Assembly (NCBI GenBank): GCA_965113315.1
Contig: OZ220364.1
Length of the DNA: 64,000 nt
Strand: one strand, 5' to 3'
DNA from: Podarcis vaucheri
Taxonomy: Eukaryota
Shown: positions 36,501 through 64,000 of the stretch, one piece after another
Numbering within the stretch: the first letter of the stretch is position 1
Layout of the letters: every line of letters starts with the position of its first letter
Notes under the pieces: generated by a model
Database searches by the model: none
What the model was told of the DNA's origin: nothing
Seen by the model: the letters and a program-made list of their open reading frames with translations, nothing else
Program-made: the position numbers and the translations under genes

Positions 36501-38203
36501 TGCATTTTGGGAGGGAAAATCTGTGATGCCATCTTCACTAACTCTGCCTTTTAATATAAAGGGAAGGTTTAAAGAAAAAGGAGGTGACAGAAGAGAGAGA
36601 TTTGAGGAACGGAACTCTCCAGAGAGAAAACGACCGAAGAATTTCAGGAATTCTGAAAGGTATTGGGACATTCTTGTCTCAAAGCTGTTTTTGCCAGCTT
36701 ATTCCTTAACAGGGAAACAGGCTGCTTTGCAAAGTGTGATCTCTTTTTGTTAGAGGCTCAATGACTATCTTACAGGGATGCCATAGTAATGGCTTTGCTG
36801 CATTGACAGATGGTGGTGATTGTGGGAACTGAAGTGCCTCCCAACTCTTTCAGTTGTATCCAGCTAAGTTCTATTCAGAATAGATCTATTAAAATTAATG
36901 CACCCTGGCCTAGATGCTCATTCTTTAGGCAGCTAACAGCCCGGCTCCTAAAGTTTCTTTGCCTCTATAAAACACGCTATTGCTTATACAATAATTTCTA
37001 TAGCAGATATGCTCCTGAAAGTTTATTCATTCCAGCATACTTACATTTGTTTGCAGTGACTACAAGCCCTCAGATAGAGGAAGACTGGAGAGCAATAACA
37101 AAGGAAGCCGTATGATGCAGGCTATGGGCTGGAAGGAAGGTTCAGGTCTGGGTCGCAATGAACAGGGCATGACGTCACCAGTGGAGGTAAAATTCTTGTG
37201 TTTGCAAAGGCAACTGTTTTGAATTATTGCATCTTACGACCATGAACAGTATTCCTGCAATATCTCTCCATACTGGCATCTGAAGTGCTATTAGTGGAAG
37301 TGAGGTAAAGGGTCTTCTTGGTTTCAGCACCCAGGATATGGAATATCCTGCCCTGGGAAGTCAAACTGTCCTCCTTATTAGCAGAGTCTTCACATGAAAA
37401 CATTTCTGTTCTAGTTATATTTTTTGTTAACTCCTGTTACGTTAGTTGTCTTGAGCACTTAACTGAAGTGGAAAGTGAGGGGTATGGTTTTTTTAATGTA
37501 GTTGGCAATACTGGAGCAAGGTGGGTTGTGGTGCTGAAGGTAGGATTCAGAAAAGATCCCCAAGAATGGAGGTGGCATAATGTGGCCACTTAAAGGACCA
37601 AACACTCAGTGTCCTTATTTACAGCATTTTTAAGGCAAAGCTAGCTGGTATTAAATTATGTATTCCCTGTACATTATCCTTACTCAAAGCAATATTGTTA
37701 AGCTAGGATTTAAATAGCTTGAAATGGCTTTTGATTGTTCAGGTACTCACTTGAACATGCAAAGGGCTAAAACTGTCTAGGGATAGGGGTGTGTGCATGT
37801 GCAGGCAAGTCCTGCTCGCAATGTCCCTGCATGGGGGCTCCTTTCTGATTTTTGCCCAGTGAGTAGAAAGACATGAGGAGCCTCCTTGGGTGGGTTTTGC
37901 AGGGAGGGGCAGTTTTCACCCAAATGAGTTTGATGAATGCCTGTACTGGACCTGTCTGTAACATGCCAAGCAATGTTTATTCCTTCCCTAGTGATAAGAA
38001 GTGCACTTGGTGAATGTTCTAGGTGCAAGTACAACTAGCTGCTTTTTAAATCTCTATCTCTCTCTTTATTTTTCCAGGCTGAAAGTCGAAAGAGGGGAGC
38101 AGGATTAGGGACCCAAGGGAGGCCCAGCAGAAGGCAATCGAATGAAACGTACCGAGATGCTGTGCGGCGAGTCATGTTTGCCCGCTACAAGGAACTTGAA
38201 TAA
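1260..38203 (+). CDS. RBM6: RBM6 RNA-binding motif protein 6, partial gene span (exons 6-21; 5' exons lie upstream of the window)
   Basis: 16 AG/GT-bounded exons in continuous phase encode the end of RRM1, a RanBP2-type ZnF, RRM2, OCRE, C2H2 ZnF and G-patch, ending [20 protein letters not shown]; lies directly upstream of RBM5 as in mammals. Confidence 0.95.
3121..3360 (+). mobile_element. CR1 LINE 3' fragment
   Basis: gatggcaacaaatttggatgac...gattagacaaattcaaggaggataaggctatcaatag resembles squamate CR1 3' ends (recalled); boundaries approximate. Confidence 0.6.
6406..6625. mobile_element. Tc1/mariner (Tigger-like) MITE, copy 1
   Basis: TIRs CAGTGGTACCTCAGGTTA / TAACCCGAGGTACCACTG, TA on the left; near-identical copies at 7482 and 39198. 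Confidence 0.85.
7482..7723. mobile_element. Tc1/mariner MITE, copy 2
   Basis: Same TIRs, TA target-site duplication on both sides. Confidence 0.88.
7830..8300 (-). mobile_element. L2-clade LINE 3' fragment
   Basis: Minus-strand peptides [31 protein letters not shown] and [31 protein letters not shown], typical of the L2 ORF2 C-terminus. Confidence 0.8.
8624..8759. mobile_element. hAT-type palindromic MITE
   Basis: Long TIRs CAGGCTTTCTCAACCCTGGATCCCCAGATGTTGTTGGACTACAACTCC; 8-bp TSD ctctagtc/ctctaatc. Confidence 0.85.
10172..10401. mobile_element. Tc1/mariner MITE, related subfamily
   Basis: TA-CAGTGG...GGGTT / AACCCGAGGTATGACTG-TA; 3' end shared with the 6406/7482 family; CpG-rich. Confidence 0.75.
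11466..11618 (+). mobile_element. tRNA(Ile)-derived SINE with CR1-type tail
   Basis: Head GGATAGCTCAGTTGGTTAAAGCATGGTGCTGATAGCGCCAAGGTTGCAGGTTTGATTCC is tRNA-Ile-like (A/B boxes); tail ccttTCCAACTCTACAGTTCTGTGATTC is a CR1-like 3' end. Confidence 0.8.
12305..12929 (-). mobile_element. Rex1/Babar non-LTR retrotransposon, 5'-truncated
   Basis: Open frame [15 protein letters not shown]...[16 protein letters not shown]...[20 protein letters not shown]...[11 protein letters not shown]; (ATT)n tail; 7-bp TSD AACCAGA at 12298-12304 and 12930-12936. Confidence 0.88.
13348..14812. mobile_element. Non-autonomous hAT (Blackjack-like) element, 1.46 kb
   Basis: TIRs TATGATTACCAGA / TCTGGTAACCTTA, subterminal TGTCCCCGGATT-like repeats, 8-bp TSD ctcctgag/ctcctggg. 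Confidence 0.7.
14726..14769. repeat. (TATC)n microsatellite
   Basis: Direct reading. Confidence 0.9.
15236..15558 (+). mobile_element. Sauria SINE (5'-clipped)
   Basis: Characteristic ctgccaacctagcagttcgaaagcac...gtagataaataggtac...gctggccacatgaccc...CCTTTACCTTT tail. Confidence 0.88.
15620..16363 (-). mobile_element. Degenerate Penelope-like element fragment
   Basis: Decayed terminal motif (aaccttaaacactaac...aagcccact) plus weak residual peptide similarity ([11 protein letters not shown]...KVGG); recalled resemblance only. Confidence 0.4.
16617..16716 (-). mobile_element. Penelope-like element terminal fragment
   Basis: ccttccagtagcaccttaaagaccaactaag...; flanked by 12-bp duplication TTCCAGACTATA (16605-16616, 16717-16728); second copy at 56201. 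Confidence 0.75.
16670..16707 (-). ncRNA. Minimal type I hammerhead ribozyme motif (Penelope-associated)
   Basis: RNA GUAU-CUGAAGA-A-GUGUGCAUGCACAC-GAAA-GC-UC-AUAC: core CUGANGA/GAAA, palindromic stem II, closing stem I, NUH = CUC. Confidence 0.7.
19138..19576. mobile_element. PIF/Harbinger-like MITE containing an L2 fragment
   Basis: TIRs GGGTGGAATCCAGT / ACTGGATTGCACCC with TAA/TGA flanks. Confidence 0.5.
23036..23358 (+). mobile_element. Possible solo LTR
   Basis: Starts TGTA; CCAAT (23114), GATAAAA (23160) and AATAAA (23288) in LTR order; possible ATGC duplication; terminal CA absent. Confidence 0.3.
24554..24890 (-). mobile_element. L2-clade LINE 3' end with (AAT)n/(ATT)n tail
   Basis: Minus-strand [31 protein letters not shown] followed by a microsatellite tail. 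Confidence 0.8.
25456..25530 (+). CDS. RBM6: RBM6 exon 7 (75 nt)
   Basis: aatag|[25 protein letters not shown]|gtgagt. Confidence 0.92.
25895..26260 (-). mobile_element. L2-clade LINE 3' fragment
   Basis: Minus-strand [28 protein letters not shown]. Confidence 0.7.
26730..27115. mobile_element. Interspersed repeat, possibly RTE-derived
   Basis: ctaggagaaggaaaactctgg...caaacctctgc motif resembles RTE-type 5' regions (recalled); family uncertain. Confidence 0.35.
27152..27221. repeat. Perfect 35-bp tandem duplication
   Basis: TGCAACTTTCAGCTTATGCTTTAATAAAGCAATGG x2. Confidence 0.95.
27307..27367 (+). CDS. RBM6: RBM6 exon 8 (61 nt, RanBP2-type ZnF)
   Basis: ttgcag|[20 protein letters not shown]|gtgagc; same size as RBM5 exon 8. 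Confidence 0.9.
28032..28313 (+). CDS. RBM6: RBM6 exon 9 (282 nt, E/P/K-rich linker)
   Basis: ctag|(V)[11 protein letters not shown]...QEDESK|gtaagt; phase 1 to 1. Confidence 0.88.
28585..28745 (+). CDS. RBM6: RBM6 exon 10 (161 nt, RRM2)
   Basis: acag|(T)[26 protein letters not shown]...[10 protein letters not shown]|gtatgt. Confidence 0.95.
29578..29675 (+). CDS. RBM6: RBM6 exon 11 (98 nt, RRM2 end)
   Basis: ccacag|[32 protein letters not shown]|gtaata. Confidence 0.94.
30125..30167 (+). CDS. RBM6: RBM6 exon 12 (43 nt)
   Basis: ctag|(R)[14 protein letters not shown]|gtatgg; phase 2 to 0. Confidence 0.85.
30633..30690 (+). CDS. RBM6: RBM6 exon 13 (58 nt)
   Basis: attag|[19 protein letters not shown]|gtaaga; phase 0 to 1 fits both neighbours. 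Confidence 0.8.
31774..31865 (+). CDS. RBM6: RBM6 exon 14 (92 nt, OCRE)
   Basis: ctcag|(S)[30 protein letters not shown]|gtgagg. Confidence 0.94.
31955..32107 (+). CDS. RBM6: RBM6 exon 15 (153 nt, Arg-rich)
   Basis: ttccag|[11 protein letters not shown]...RHRNKSAK|gtaaaa. Confidence 0.85.
32365..32416. repeat. 26-bp tandem duplication
   Basis: CAAAGGAGGGCAC(A/G)GGTTTGTGGATC x2. Confidence 0.9.
33399..33488 (+). CDS. RBM6: RBM6 exon 16 (90 nt)
   Basis: tttcag|[30 protein letters not shown]|gtaagg. Confidence 0.9.
34363..34623 (+). CDS. RBM6: RBM6 exon 17 (261 nt, poly-Glu and C2H2 ZnF)
   Basis: cttcag|[21 protein letters not shown]...[27 protein letters not shown]|gtaagg. Confidence 0.96.
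35525..35599 (+). CDS. RBM6: RBM6 exon 18 (75 nt)
   Basis: tacag|[25 protein letters not shown]|gtaatt. Confidence 0.94.
36562..36659 (+). CDS. RBM6: RBM6 exon 19 (98 nt)
   Basis: taaag|[32 protein letters not shown]|gtattg. Confidence 0.88.
37057..37186 (+). CDS. RBM6: RBM6 exon 20 (130 nt, G-patch)
   Basis: ttgcag|(S)[43 protein letters not shown]|gtaaaa. Confidence 0.94.
38078..38203 (+). CDS. RBM6: RBM6 exon 21, last coding exon
   Basis: ttccag|[44 protein letters not shown]. Confidence 0.96.
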   Translation, partial: AESRKRGAGLGTQGRPSRRQSNETYRDAVRRVMFARYKELE

Positions 38204-38320
38204 ACTTGGAAAGAAATCCCACCATACCCAACACACCCCATACCCTTTGGCCCTTCTTTGTGTCTGTCTTGTTTTTTGAATCAATGTTTTTTTGCTGCTG
38301 AAGTGTGTTTTTGTTTTTGG

Positions 38321-38326
38321 AATAAA
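38321..38326 (+). terminator. RBM6 polyadenylation signal (AATAAA)
   Basis: AATAAA 118 nt after the stop, followed by GT/T-rich sequence; a second AATAAA overlaps the stop codon (38199-38204). Confidence 0.65.
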
Positions 38327-39197
38327 ACAAAAAAGTCAATGTTTGGTCTCTTCTTTCCCTCTTTCCAGATTTTTGAGCTGAATCTTACCGGGGAAATAGT
38401 TTCTGTTCAAATCCCTTTGAAATGATAGTACATTGTTATATAATAGCAGCCTCATTCTTTCTTTCATAAAAGGAAAGAAAATAAGATTATTGATATACAG
38501 TGAACAATATAGAAATATTAAAGAAGTAATAAATGACTTCATAAGAACAGAAAGGGAAATCGAAAGCAGTGCAATGTTACCAAAATAATTGATACAGCAC
38601 AATGTATAAAGAAAATAACAGCAATTGCATAAGATTAATTGCCAAAACAGTAAAGCAATTATAGATGGATACAGATATTATATAAAATTACCAAGTTCTA
38701 CATTGCAGCCTCCTAATACTTACTGCAGCCCATCTATTTCTAAAGCACTGTAAGTTTCCTACCTGTTCTAGCCACATGATATTTTAGCATTAAGCTGAAG
38801 AGAAGAATCATAGTTGATCACCAGTCAGGTATGCTGCTGGTTTTAGCCACAGGCAGTGCAACCCTAAGCATAGCTACTCAGAAGCAAGTCACACAGTGTT
38901 CCATGGGATTTAATCTTAGGTAAATATGTATAGGATTCCAGCCTGGAGTATGCTACAATATGAGAACCTAGTATTTTTTTCGCCCATTTGATGAGTGGGC
39001 AATATGCTTAACCCATGCTTTCACAACAAATGCCTCCTTTGGGGCAAAGGGTTTAATTCTTACTAACCTGGGGTGCATTTAAACAATGTTTGGAATAGAA
39101 ATGTTTGGGAATAGAAATACACAAACCATTTTAGGCCACCATTTTCCTGTTTACAGCCTACACACCCACTACTGTATCCCTGCTGGGGAAACCTATA

Positions 39198-39444
39198 CAG
39201 TGGTACCTCAGGTTAAGTACAGTACTTAATTAGTTCTGGAGGTCCGTTCTTAACCTGAAACTGTTCTTAACCTCAAGCACCACTCAAGCTAATGGGGCCT
39301 CCCGCTACTGCCGCACCGCCAGAGCTCGATTTCTGTTCTCATCCTGAAGCAAAGTTCTTAACCCGAGGTACTATTTCTGGGTTAGGGGAGTCTGTAACCT
39401 GAAGTGTATTCAACCAGAAGCATATGTAAGCCGAGGTACCACTG
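39198..39444. mobile_element. Tc1/mariner MITE, copy 3 (RBM6-RBM5 intergenic)
   Basis: Same TIRs and body as 7482-7723; TA TSD. Confidence 0.88.
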
Positions 39445-40179
39445 TATATGCATCAGTATGATACCGGTCTTACTTCAGAGCCAAATAAGGGTGTGCAGGT
39501 GAGAGATTGTAATCTGAAAAAATGACGGGGAGTGGCTGAACTTCTGAGTTGCTGCAGTTCTAGTCAGATTTTCCTCCCTGTTGTTACATCCACAGGTCCC
39601 AAGTCACATCCAGTTGTGCTTGGAGCTCAGTGCCAGTATTCTCACCTAAGCTGCATAAACAAGCTTAGGATGCTTTTCCAACTAATGTGCTTGGTTGCAC
39701 ATTTAGCTAATAATGCTTTCAGTTTGTACAGAAACCATAAAACCTCCCCTCCCTTTAAGTTGATAATTTGAATTTCAAACTATCTTCCTAAATACCAAAA
39801 ATGACACATTCTCAGTGTGTGCTTATGCAGCTAAGACAGCACCATCCATCACACACAGGAGGCAGGCTTTGGGGGAATCCCGGGGTTTGCAAAAATACAA
39901 AACGTATTTAAGAAAGAAACCCCAAAGGTGTGTCAGCCAGGAAGCAACCCATTGTGGCCACATCTATTAGAAAAGGTCAGGGCTGGCTGAAACCAGGAAC
40001 AGGACGATCGCTACACATGACAAAATGTTGCTGCAGGTTTCACTTGCAGTTCCCTAAGCATTAATCCTTTATAAATAGTATCTCAAAGCTTATTTTTGGC
40101 AAGTCACCGTTTTGGCTGAACTCTTATTTCTACAGGTGAAGTCATTCTGAAGTGCAACGTGTCGCTCCTAAAAGTGGCT

Positions 40180-41950
40180 GTTGTTGAGGGATATTTTGGT
40201 ATTGAGAGGCATCCCACCTCTACCCACCCGCGCCAGCCATTTTGGGAGGGTTAGAATTGGGGGGTCGGGTGGTAAAATTGGGAGATCGCTTTCTCGCTCG
40301 CCCCTTATGTGGAGACCATCTTCCCTGCCATTTCATACGGAGAGTAAACAAGCGGCAAGCCTTTTATTTCCCTGTCCTACCTGCCCTTAGTAAGGCCCGT
40401 TTATGTATTTGTAAAAGGACCAAAAATAAGACCAGAATCCGCCTTGACTAGGCGCGTCTGGAGAGGGAGGGGCGGAGCGGCTACAAAGCGACTCAGTGGA
40501 GCGACGGGCGAGACGTTTCCCCATTCCTGTGTACAGTATATGCTTCCTCAGCAGTAAGCCACACTGTGCCCAAGGAGACTTAATACCAAGTAAATGCGCA
40601 CAGGATCGCACCCATTACGTGCTTCGCTTGTTTTTCCAGAACGTGGCAATTCTACAGAAGAAAAGGCTTTTCTATAGACTGTATGTGAATTGCGATGTAC
40701 CATTAAGGCGTGTGTTAGAAAGCCTTACTTGAATATAATTTCGCCATTATTATTATTTTTTAAAAAATTAAACATCATCATGTTGTATTCACACGCTCCA
40801 GACTTCTGTTCAGCTCGCCGGCTTTATGAAATGGCCGTGATGGCCGGCGATGTAAATTTCACAAAATGGTTGTCTGCCCAGCGGGATCTTTGCAGTCGCG
40901 GCACATCACTTTTGCACAAAGCAGGCTCCGTGGCCGGCGGGGAGGAAACCCCGGGAGATGCTTGAGTCCTGGGTCTACTTGGGAGCTACAAGCTTGCCGC
41001 GGTGGGTCTAGCTTCGCATCTCTGATGCCCCATCACGAACATTTTTGGGCACAATCCCTCTCTTCGCCCTCCCTCCCCCACCCCGCGAAACGCAATAAAC
41101 GAAGGTTGGGCTCCAGCACACCGACGCTACCCAGCAGGCCGCGCGGAGCTCAAGGCCGCCTCTCGAGCTCGCGGCTCGCTGGAAGCTTCCAGGAGGAGGA
41201 GCGAGGAGGCGGGGAGCGCGAGGGATTGTGGGTAGAAGACGGCGAGCTCCCCTTCAGCGCCATTTTGTGGTGTTTGACAGAAGCTGGTGTGGCTACTGCT
41301 GTAGCTGTTGCGGTGGCAGAGGCGGCCCTTGGCCTATTTCCCCTCCCCGGTAGGTACTGAAAATCGGGTATCCGATGCGGAGACGGCTATATAGTCAGTA
41401 GAGAAGAACTCGGGAAGAGTCCTTAGTCTGATTTGGGAATAACGAATTAGAAATTTTTTTTTGCCTGTTCATAAGACTTTTAAGCCGTAACTGAAGCCTC
41501 CTACAGCTTCAGAGGCGCCAAAGAGAGAAGAGACGCTATAGGGATCCCGGTTGGGGGGGGGCGGCGGAGGTGGGCGCGGCAGTTTGGAGCGCCAACCGTC
41601 CGCTTTCTGAAGCAGGGGAAGGCTTAGGAAATGCTTCTTCGGTGGGAAGGAGCTTCAGTTTTAGGTGTCTAAATGCCTTTCCGTCCCTTCCTCCGAGTCG
41701 CCGCCTCCCCTTCATTGCGTTTGTGGAGAACGCCGCATAATTGCTATTGTGGTCCCTATTGTTGGTCGCCGCAGGTGTGGTTGCGCCCTGCGTTTCTCTC
41801 TCTCTCTCTCTCTCTCTCTGCTGCGGAATATCGGCCACCATTAAACGCCGCCCTGTCAGCGCCAGTCTCTTGCAATGCCCAGCGGGAGGCACCCGTTGTA
41901 GAAAGGATTCTTCTGGTTTAATTTAACCAAGACCAGCGTGGCCATTCCGC
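40180..41950 (+). promoter_or_regulatory. CpG island / RBM5 promoter
   Basis: Dense CpG relative to flanks; GC boxes; ZNF143/Staf-like sites CTACCCAGCAGGCCGCG (~41127) and reverse-strand CTACCCACAATCCCT (41221-41235); YY1-type CGCCATTTT at 41258-41266. Confidence 0.85.
41230..41349 (+). other. RBM5: RBM5 non-coding exon 1 (start approximate)
   Basis: Within the CpG island, contains the YY1 motif typical of 5' UTRs, ends at donor CCG|GTAGGT (alternative TAG|GTACTG 4 nt further on). Confidence 0.55.
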
Positions 41951-42317
41951 TTCTGACTTCTCTATTCCTTCCGAACATAAGCGTACCTTAAGAGTCACTT
42001 TTTGTGAATATCTAAATATGCATTTTAACACCTCTGCAGATAACCCTTTTACAGCGATTCCCTGATTATCTTGTTACTGGTTTTCTTTTTTGCTGCAGAC
42101 TTAGCATTAGGTACTGAAAACTATTTTTAGTTCAAAGTACGTTGTTGTAGGGGTGTTCATTACTAGGGTGCCTGACCAGGTTTTTGTAGGCTTTACTTTG
42201 GAGCCTTGCATTTCTGCAGTATGCTTTAAAAATGATCGGTTCGGTGTCTGCATTGATTGTTTTTCTTCTCCTAAATAGACAACTCAATTCACTAGAAGCA
42301 GGAACTGAAGGCAAGCC

Positions 42318-60616
<18,299 letters not shown>

Positions 60617-61114
60617 GCACTGTCCATCTTGGAAGCAGAAAAGCATGAAACATCTCACCCTATTTCCCCCCAAACAGACTGTTAAAAACCTTATGACCTT
60701 GGAGGCATTGCAGTTACTTTAGTTATGGCTTGAGGTTAACTACTTCTAGTTTCAGGATTTCCATTAATTCCAGCGTGTAATGCTTCTCTTTGTGGATCAT
60801 AAAACACCACAGCTTCATGTTGGACGAACCATAACTAGATTAAAAGGGGGTGCTGGATCTTTATACATTTTTGTATATAGTGTAAATTTATGTGTCATGC
60901 TATTAAATTTGTGTAGTCAAAAACCCACACCTGTCCTGTGGAGCAGTTGAGGAAGTGTTAATGTGATTTTACACTGTTATATCTGCCTACTTTGTACTGT
61001 TTCTCATTTTTGGCAAAACTTTCCTGTAAATTTTGTAAGATATGTCTTTGTATAGTTTTTTTTCTCTCTGAAGATTTTGATTATAGATGCCAGTCCAGGC
61101 TTCTTTCAAGAAGA

Positions 61115-61120
61115 AATAAA
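61115..61120 (+). terminator. RBM5 polyadenylation signal (AATAAA)
   Basis: AATAAA ~500 nt after the stop, preceded by several TGTA motifs and followed by a T-rich tract. Confidence 0.7.
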
Positions 61121-62099
61121 GCCTAAACCAAATTTTGTTTCTTAGCGGGGAAAGTTGATTTGTGGCAAAGAATAAGTGACTATGTCTAACTACCTTTGGT
61201 CCTGCTCTGAAGTATTGAGAAAAGGATCTGTATGTACCCCAAAAATGGCACCTACTGCCCTGGTTCCCATGACACCAGCAATCCTGTTGACAACACTAAC
61301 CAAGTTATTTGAGCTCTTATCACATAATTGGGGTTGTGTTACGGGAATATATCCATCTGGGGATTAACAAATAGGAAAGATTTAGGAAGACTGCAAGTGT
61401 GCCAGCAGAACTCCAGGAAAAGAAATGGGTCAGGATCCTATGCCTAAGCAACTATTTAGCCAGTCCCCTACTGCCACATCAATTTCCTTTCCTTCCTAGT
61501 ATGGGATAGTGGTTTCTCCTACCTTCTCTGCTCCTGTTGGATGGTTTTTCGCTTTCTTTGCTTTATTCTCACCTCTTGTTTCTCTGGATTGTCTCTTGGT
61601 TCTGTTTCTCCACTTCTGGTGGCTTTGGCAAGAAAGCATTCCTCCTGAATAAAGATACAAGCAAGTGTAAAGTGCATTGGAGAGTTATTAAACTGAATGC
61701 TAGAGCTGCAGTAGTGCAGTTCACTTCAACAGGGGATTCCCTAGCCCCTGAGCATGGCTCAGAGCTTTATTCAGTTGCTGTCCGTAGAATCCGTAATGCA
61801 TTCTTTAGGGAGCCAGCACAAATAGGCTGGCTACAGATGCAGTAGTCAATTCGGACTTCAGCAAAGGGCATAATTGCTCCACTTCTTAAGTGAGTAGTTG
61901 GTGGTGTCTTGGATGGGGGAACTATTGGTGTATCCCTTTAAATTCCACTAGAAGGCTTCTACATGGCATTTTGCCTAGTGAGGATCCCTCCAGGTGTATC
62001 CTTGCAGAGAAGCACAAGCCAGAGTGCAGCAGGCAGCTAGCTGCCAGTCTTTTCTCTATTCCCTACTTTCCTTCCCATGGAGATGGAACTGCTTGGCCT

Positions 62100-62405
62100 T
62101 TGTATGATAGCTATCTTCAAATATCTAAAGGACTCTCACATGGAGGATGGAGCAAGCTTGTTTTCTCCTTCAGAAACTAGAGAGTCTGAACCAATGCATT
62201 CAAGTTTCAAAACACAAAACCCTGTAGGAATTGCCTTTCTGTGAGAGCTGTTTAACAGACATGAGAGGGGGTGTTCTCCCATTGGAGGCTCTTAAGCAGA
62301 GATTGGATGGCCACCTGTCATGTAGGATTTTGTTGAGATTTCTGCATTGCAGGGGGCTGGACTAGACGACTCTCTGGGCCCCTTCCAACTATGATTTATA
62401 ATCTG
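62100..62405 (+). mobile_element. CR1 LINE 3' fragment
   Basis: gatagctatcttcaaatatctaaagg...ggagcaagcttgttttct...ccttccaactatgatt. Confidence 0.7.
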
Positions 62406-62974
62406 ATTTGAAGTAGTGCCCTAAGACAAGTTCTACCTACATACATTAGAGTAGGTCCTGCCGCCTCAGAGTCAGATTGTCAATCCCGGTTCCAATTCAA
62501 CCTCGCCCCTCCCAGTGATGACATCCTTGAGTCGGTGGCTCAAGCACCCTGTCTCAGGAAGGGAGAGGTTGCAGGAAACCAGGGGAGTAAGTAGAATGCT
62601 CTTGTGCTCAGGTCCTGCTTGCAGGTTTCCTACAGACATCTCATCAGCCACACAGAGAACAGGATGCTGCTCCAGATCAGCCATTGGCATGATCCAGCAG
62701 ACTTCTAGTGTTACGAGATTCACTTCTGAAGAGGATTTCCAAAACAGAGGCCTGTCTTAGCAGGTCCTGGTAGGGTCAGTTGATTCAGAATGGAGCTGTC
62801 GGAAGCAATGGCACAGCAGCAAGTATCTGGAGCTCCGTGGCTTCCTTCTGGCCCATGGGTTTTGCAGGCCACCTGTTCCTGCACCTCATGTTTGCCCATG
62901 TGGATAACATCCATCAGGGCATATTGGGGGAGGAGAGAAGAGAACTGGGTCTCAATTTTTTGCACAGGAAGCAA

Positions 62975-63065
62975 TAAGAACATAAAGTGGACCCTTGCTG
63001 GATCAGACCACAGTCCTGGAGCAGGACTGTGGTCTGATCCAGCAAGGGTCCACTTTATGTTCTTA
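62975..63065. repeat. Perfect inverted repeat, 44-bp arms, 3-nt loop
   Basis: 62975-63018 is the exact reverse complement of 63022-63065. Confidence 0.95.
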
Positions 63066-63479
63066 CAGGAGCAGACCTTGTTTTGCACACCAACAGAAGT
63101 TCCTGGAGAGTTCAGAGGCAGTCCCACACACAGCACCTTGCAGTAATCTAAAAGGGAGGTTACTAAGGCATGGATTATTCTAGCTAAGTTACATGTGAGG
63201 GCAGGGGCAAAGTTCTCATTATCAACCTAAACTGCTAAAAAGTACTCTGTGCTAGTACCTTGGGTGGCAAAAAATGAACACCGCTCCCCCAAAGTTAGGT
63301 CTGATTGTTTTGAGGAAGCATAACCCCCAGAAGAAGAGGCTGAACACCACTCACTGGGTACACAAAACGGGGGTCAGCTCTTTCCAGTTTTGGGCATATA
63401 TTATTTGGGTAGCTGTGGTTGCATACATGTGTTTTTTGTTTGTCTTTCGGCACCTCTTCAAGTACACCTAAAAGAAAAG

Positions 63480-64000
63480 CTGGGGTTTTTTAAAACATAT
63501 TAAAAACATATTTTAAACATATTTTTTCCAATTCATTATAAATCATTTCCCAGAAGGCTTTTGCAACCTTACAAGATCATCACATATGAAAAAGTTTCCT
63601 TTCTTTCTACATTTCCAACATATATTGGATTCAGACTTACACGTTTTTGCCAGCTTGCTAGGCGTCAAATACCATCTATACATCACCATGTAGTTTTAAA
63701 GTGTAGCATGCTGTAAATTTTAAATCTTTCCAAATTCTTTCCCATGCTGCCATATCAATATTATAACCTATATCCATTGTCCAATGTATCATTGATGACC
63801 ATTGCATCCTTCCATTTCAAATTATAATAATAATTTATACATTTTAGACATTATCATTTGATTATTCTAATTGGGAGGTTTGAGTTGTAAAGACATTTTT
63901 TTATCTATCTAAAATATCTCATTTAATTGGCGATATTGTGGCCAACTTAATCCACTTATTTCTTCAAACTTTTTAAATTTAACCTCCCCTTCCACCTCTA
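63480..64000 (-). mobile_element. L1 LINE ORF2 3' fragment (decayed)
   Basis: Minus-strand MYRWYLTPSKLAK...NICWKC (start of the CCHC region) and IGYNIDMAAWERIWK. Confidence 0.75.

Noticed and set aside
40866-41360. 164-aa ORF and other ORFs in the CpG island
   Set aside because: GC-rich promoter sequence is poor in stops; no recognisable domain, non-ATG or weak starts
62720-63146. Overlapping ORFs on both strands sharing NIKWTLAGSDHSP
   Set aside because: The shared peptide is a direct result of the perfect inverted repeat

Overview
Vertebrate genomic DNA from a squamate reptile, probably a lacertid lizard (inferred from the Sauria SINE and the MITE, CR1, L2, Rex1 and Penelope repeat content). 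Two tandem paralogous splicing-regulator genes lie on the + strand: the 3' part of RBM6 (exons 6-21 by human numbering, 1260-38203, including a 24-kb intron 6) and the whole of RBM5 (CpG-island promoter ~40.2-41.9 kb, ATG 42318, stop 60616, ~836 aa if exon 6 is 74 nt). RBM5 exon 6 is absent from the sequence and most likely sits in the 140-N gap. Exons were placed by hand from AG/GT boundaries, phase continuity and recalled similarity to human RBM5/RBM6. The most interesting signal is a ~40-nt element 23 kb into RBM6 intron 6 that is complementary, in antiparallel order, to both the branch point before and the weak 5' splice site after the frameshifting exon 6. It is a candidate long-range RNA switch for exon-6 skipping/NMD, possibly echoed in RBM5. 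Other notable items: an intact Penelope-type minimal hammerhead ribozyme (antisense) versus a dead sense copy, an RDYD(S/G)x5 coding repeat in RBM5, an intact G-patch in RBM6, and a perfect 44-bp-arm hairpin downstream of RBM5.
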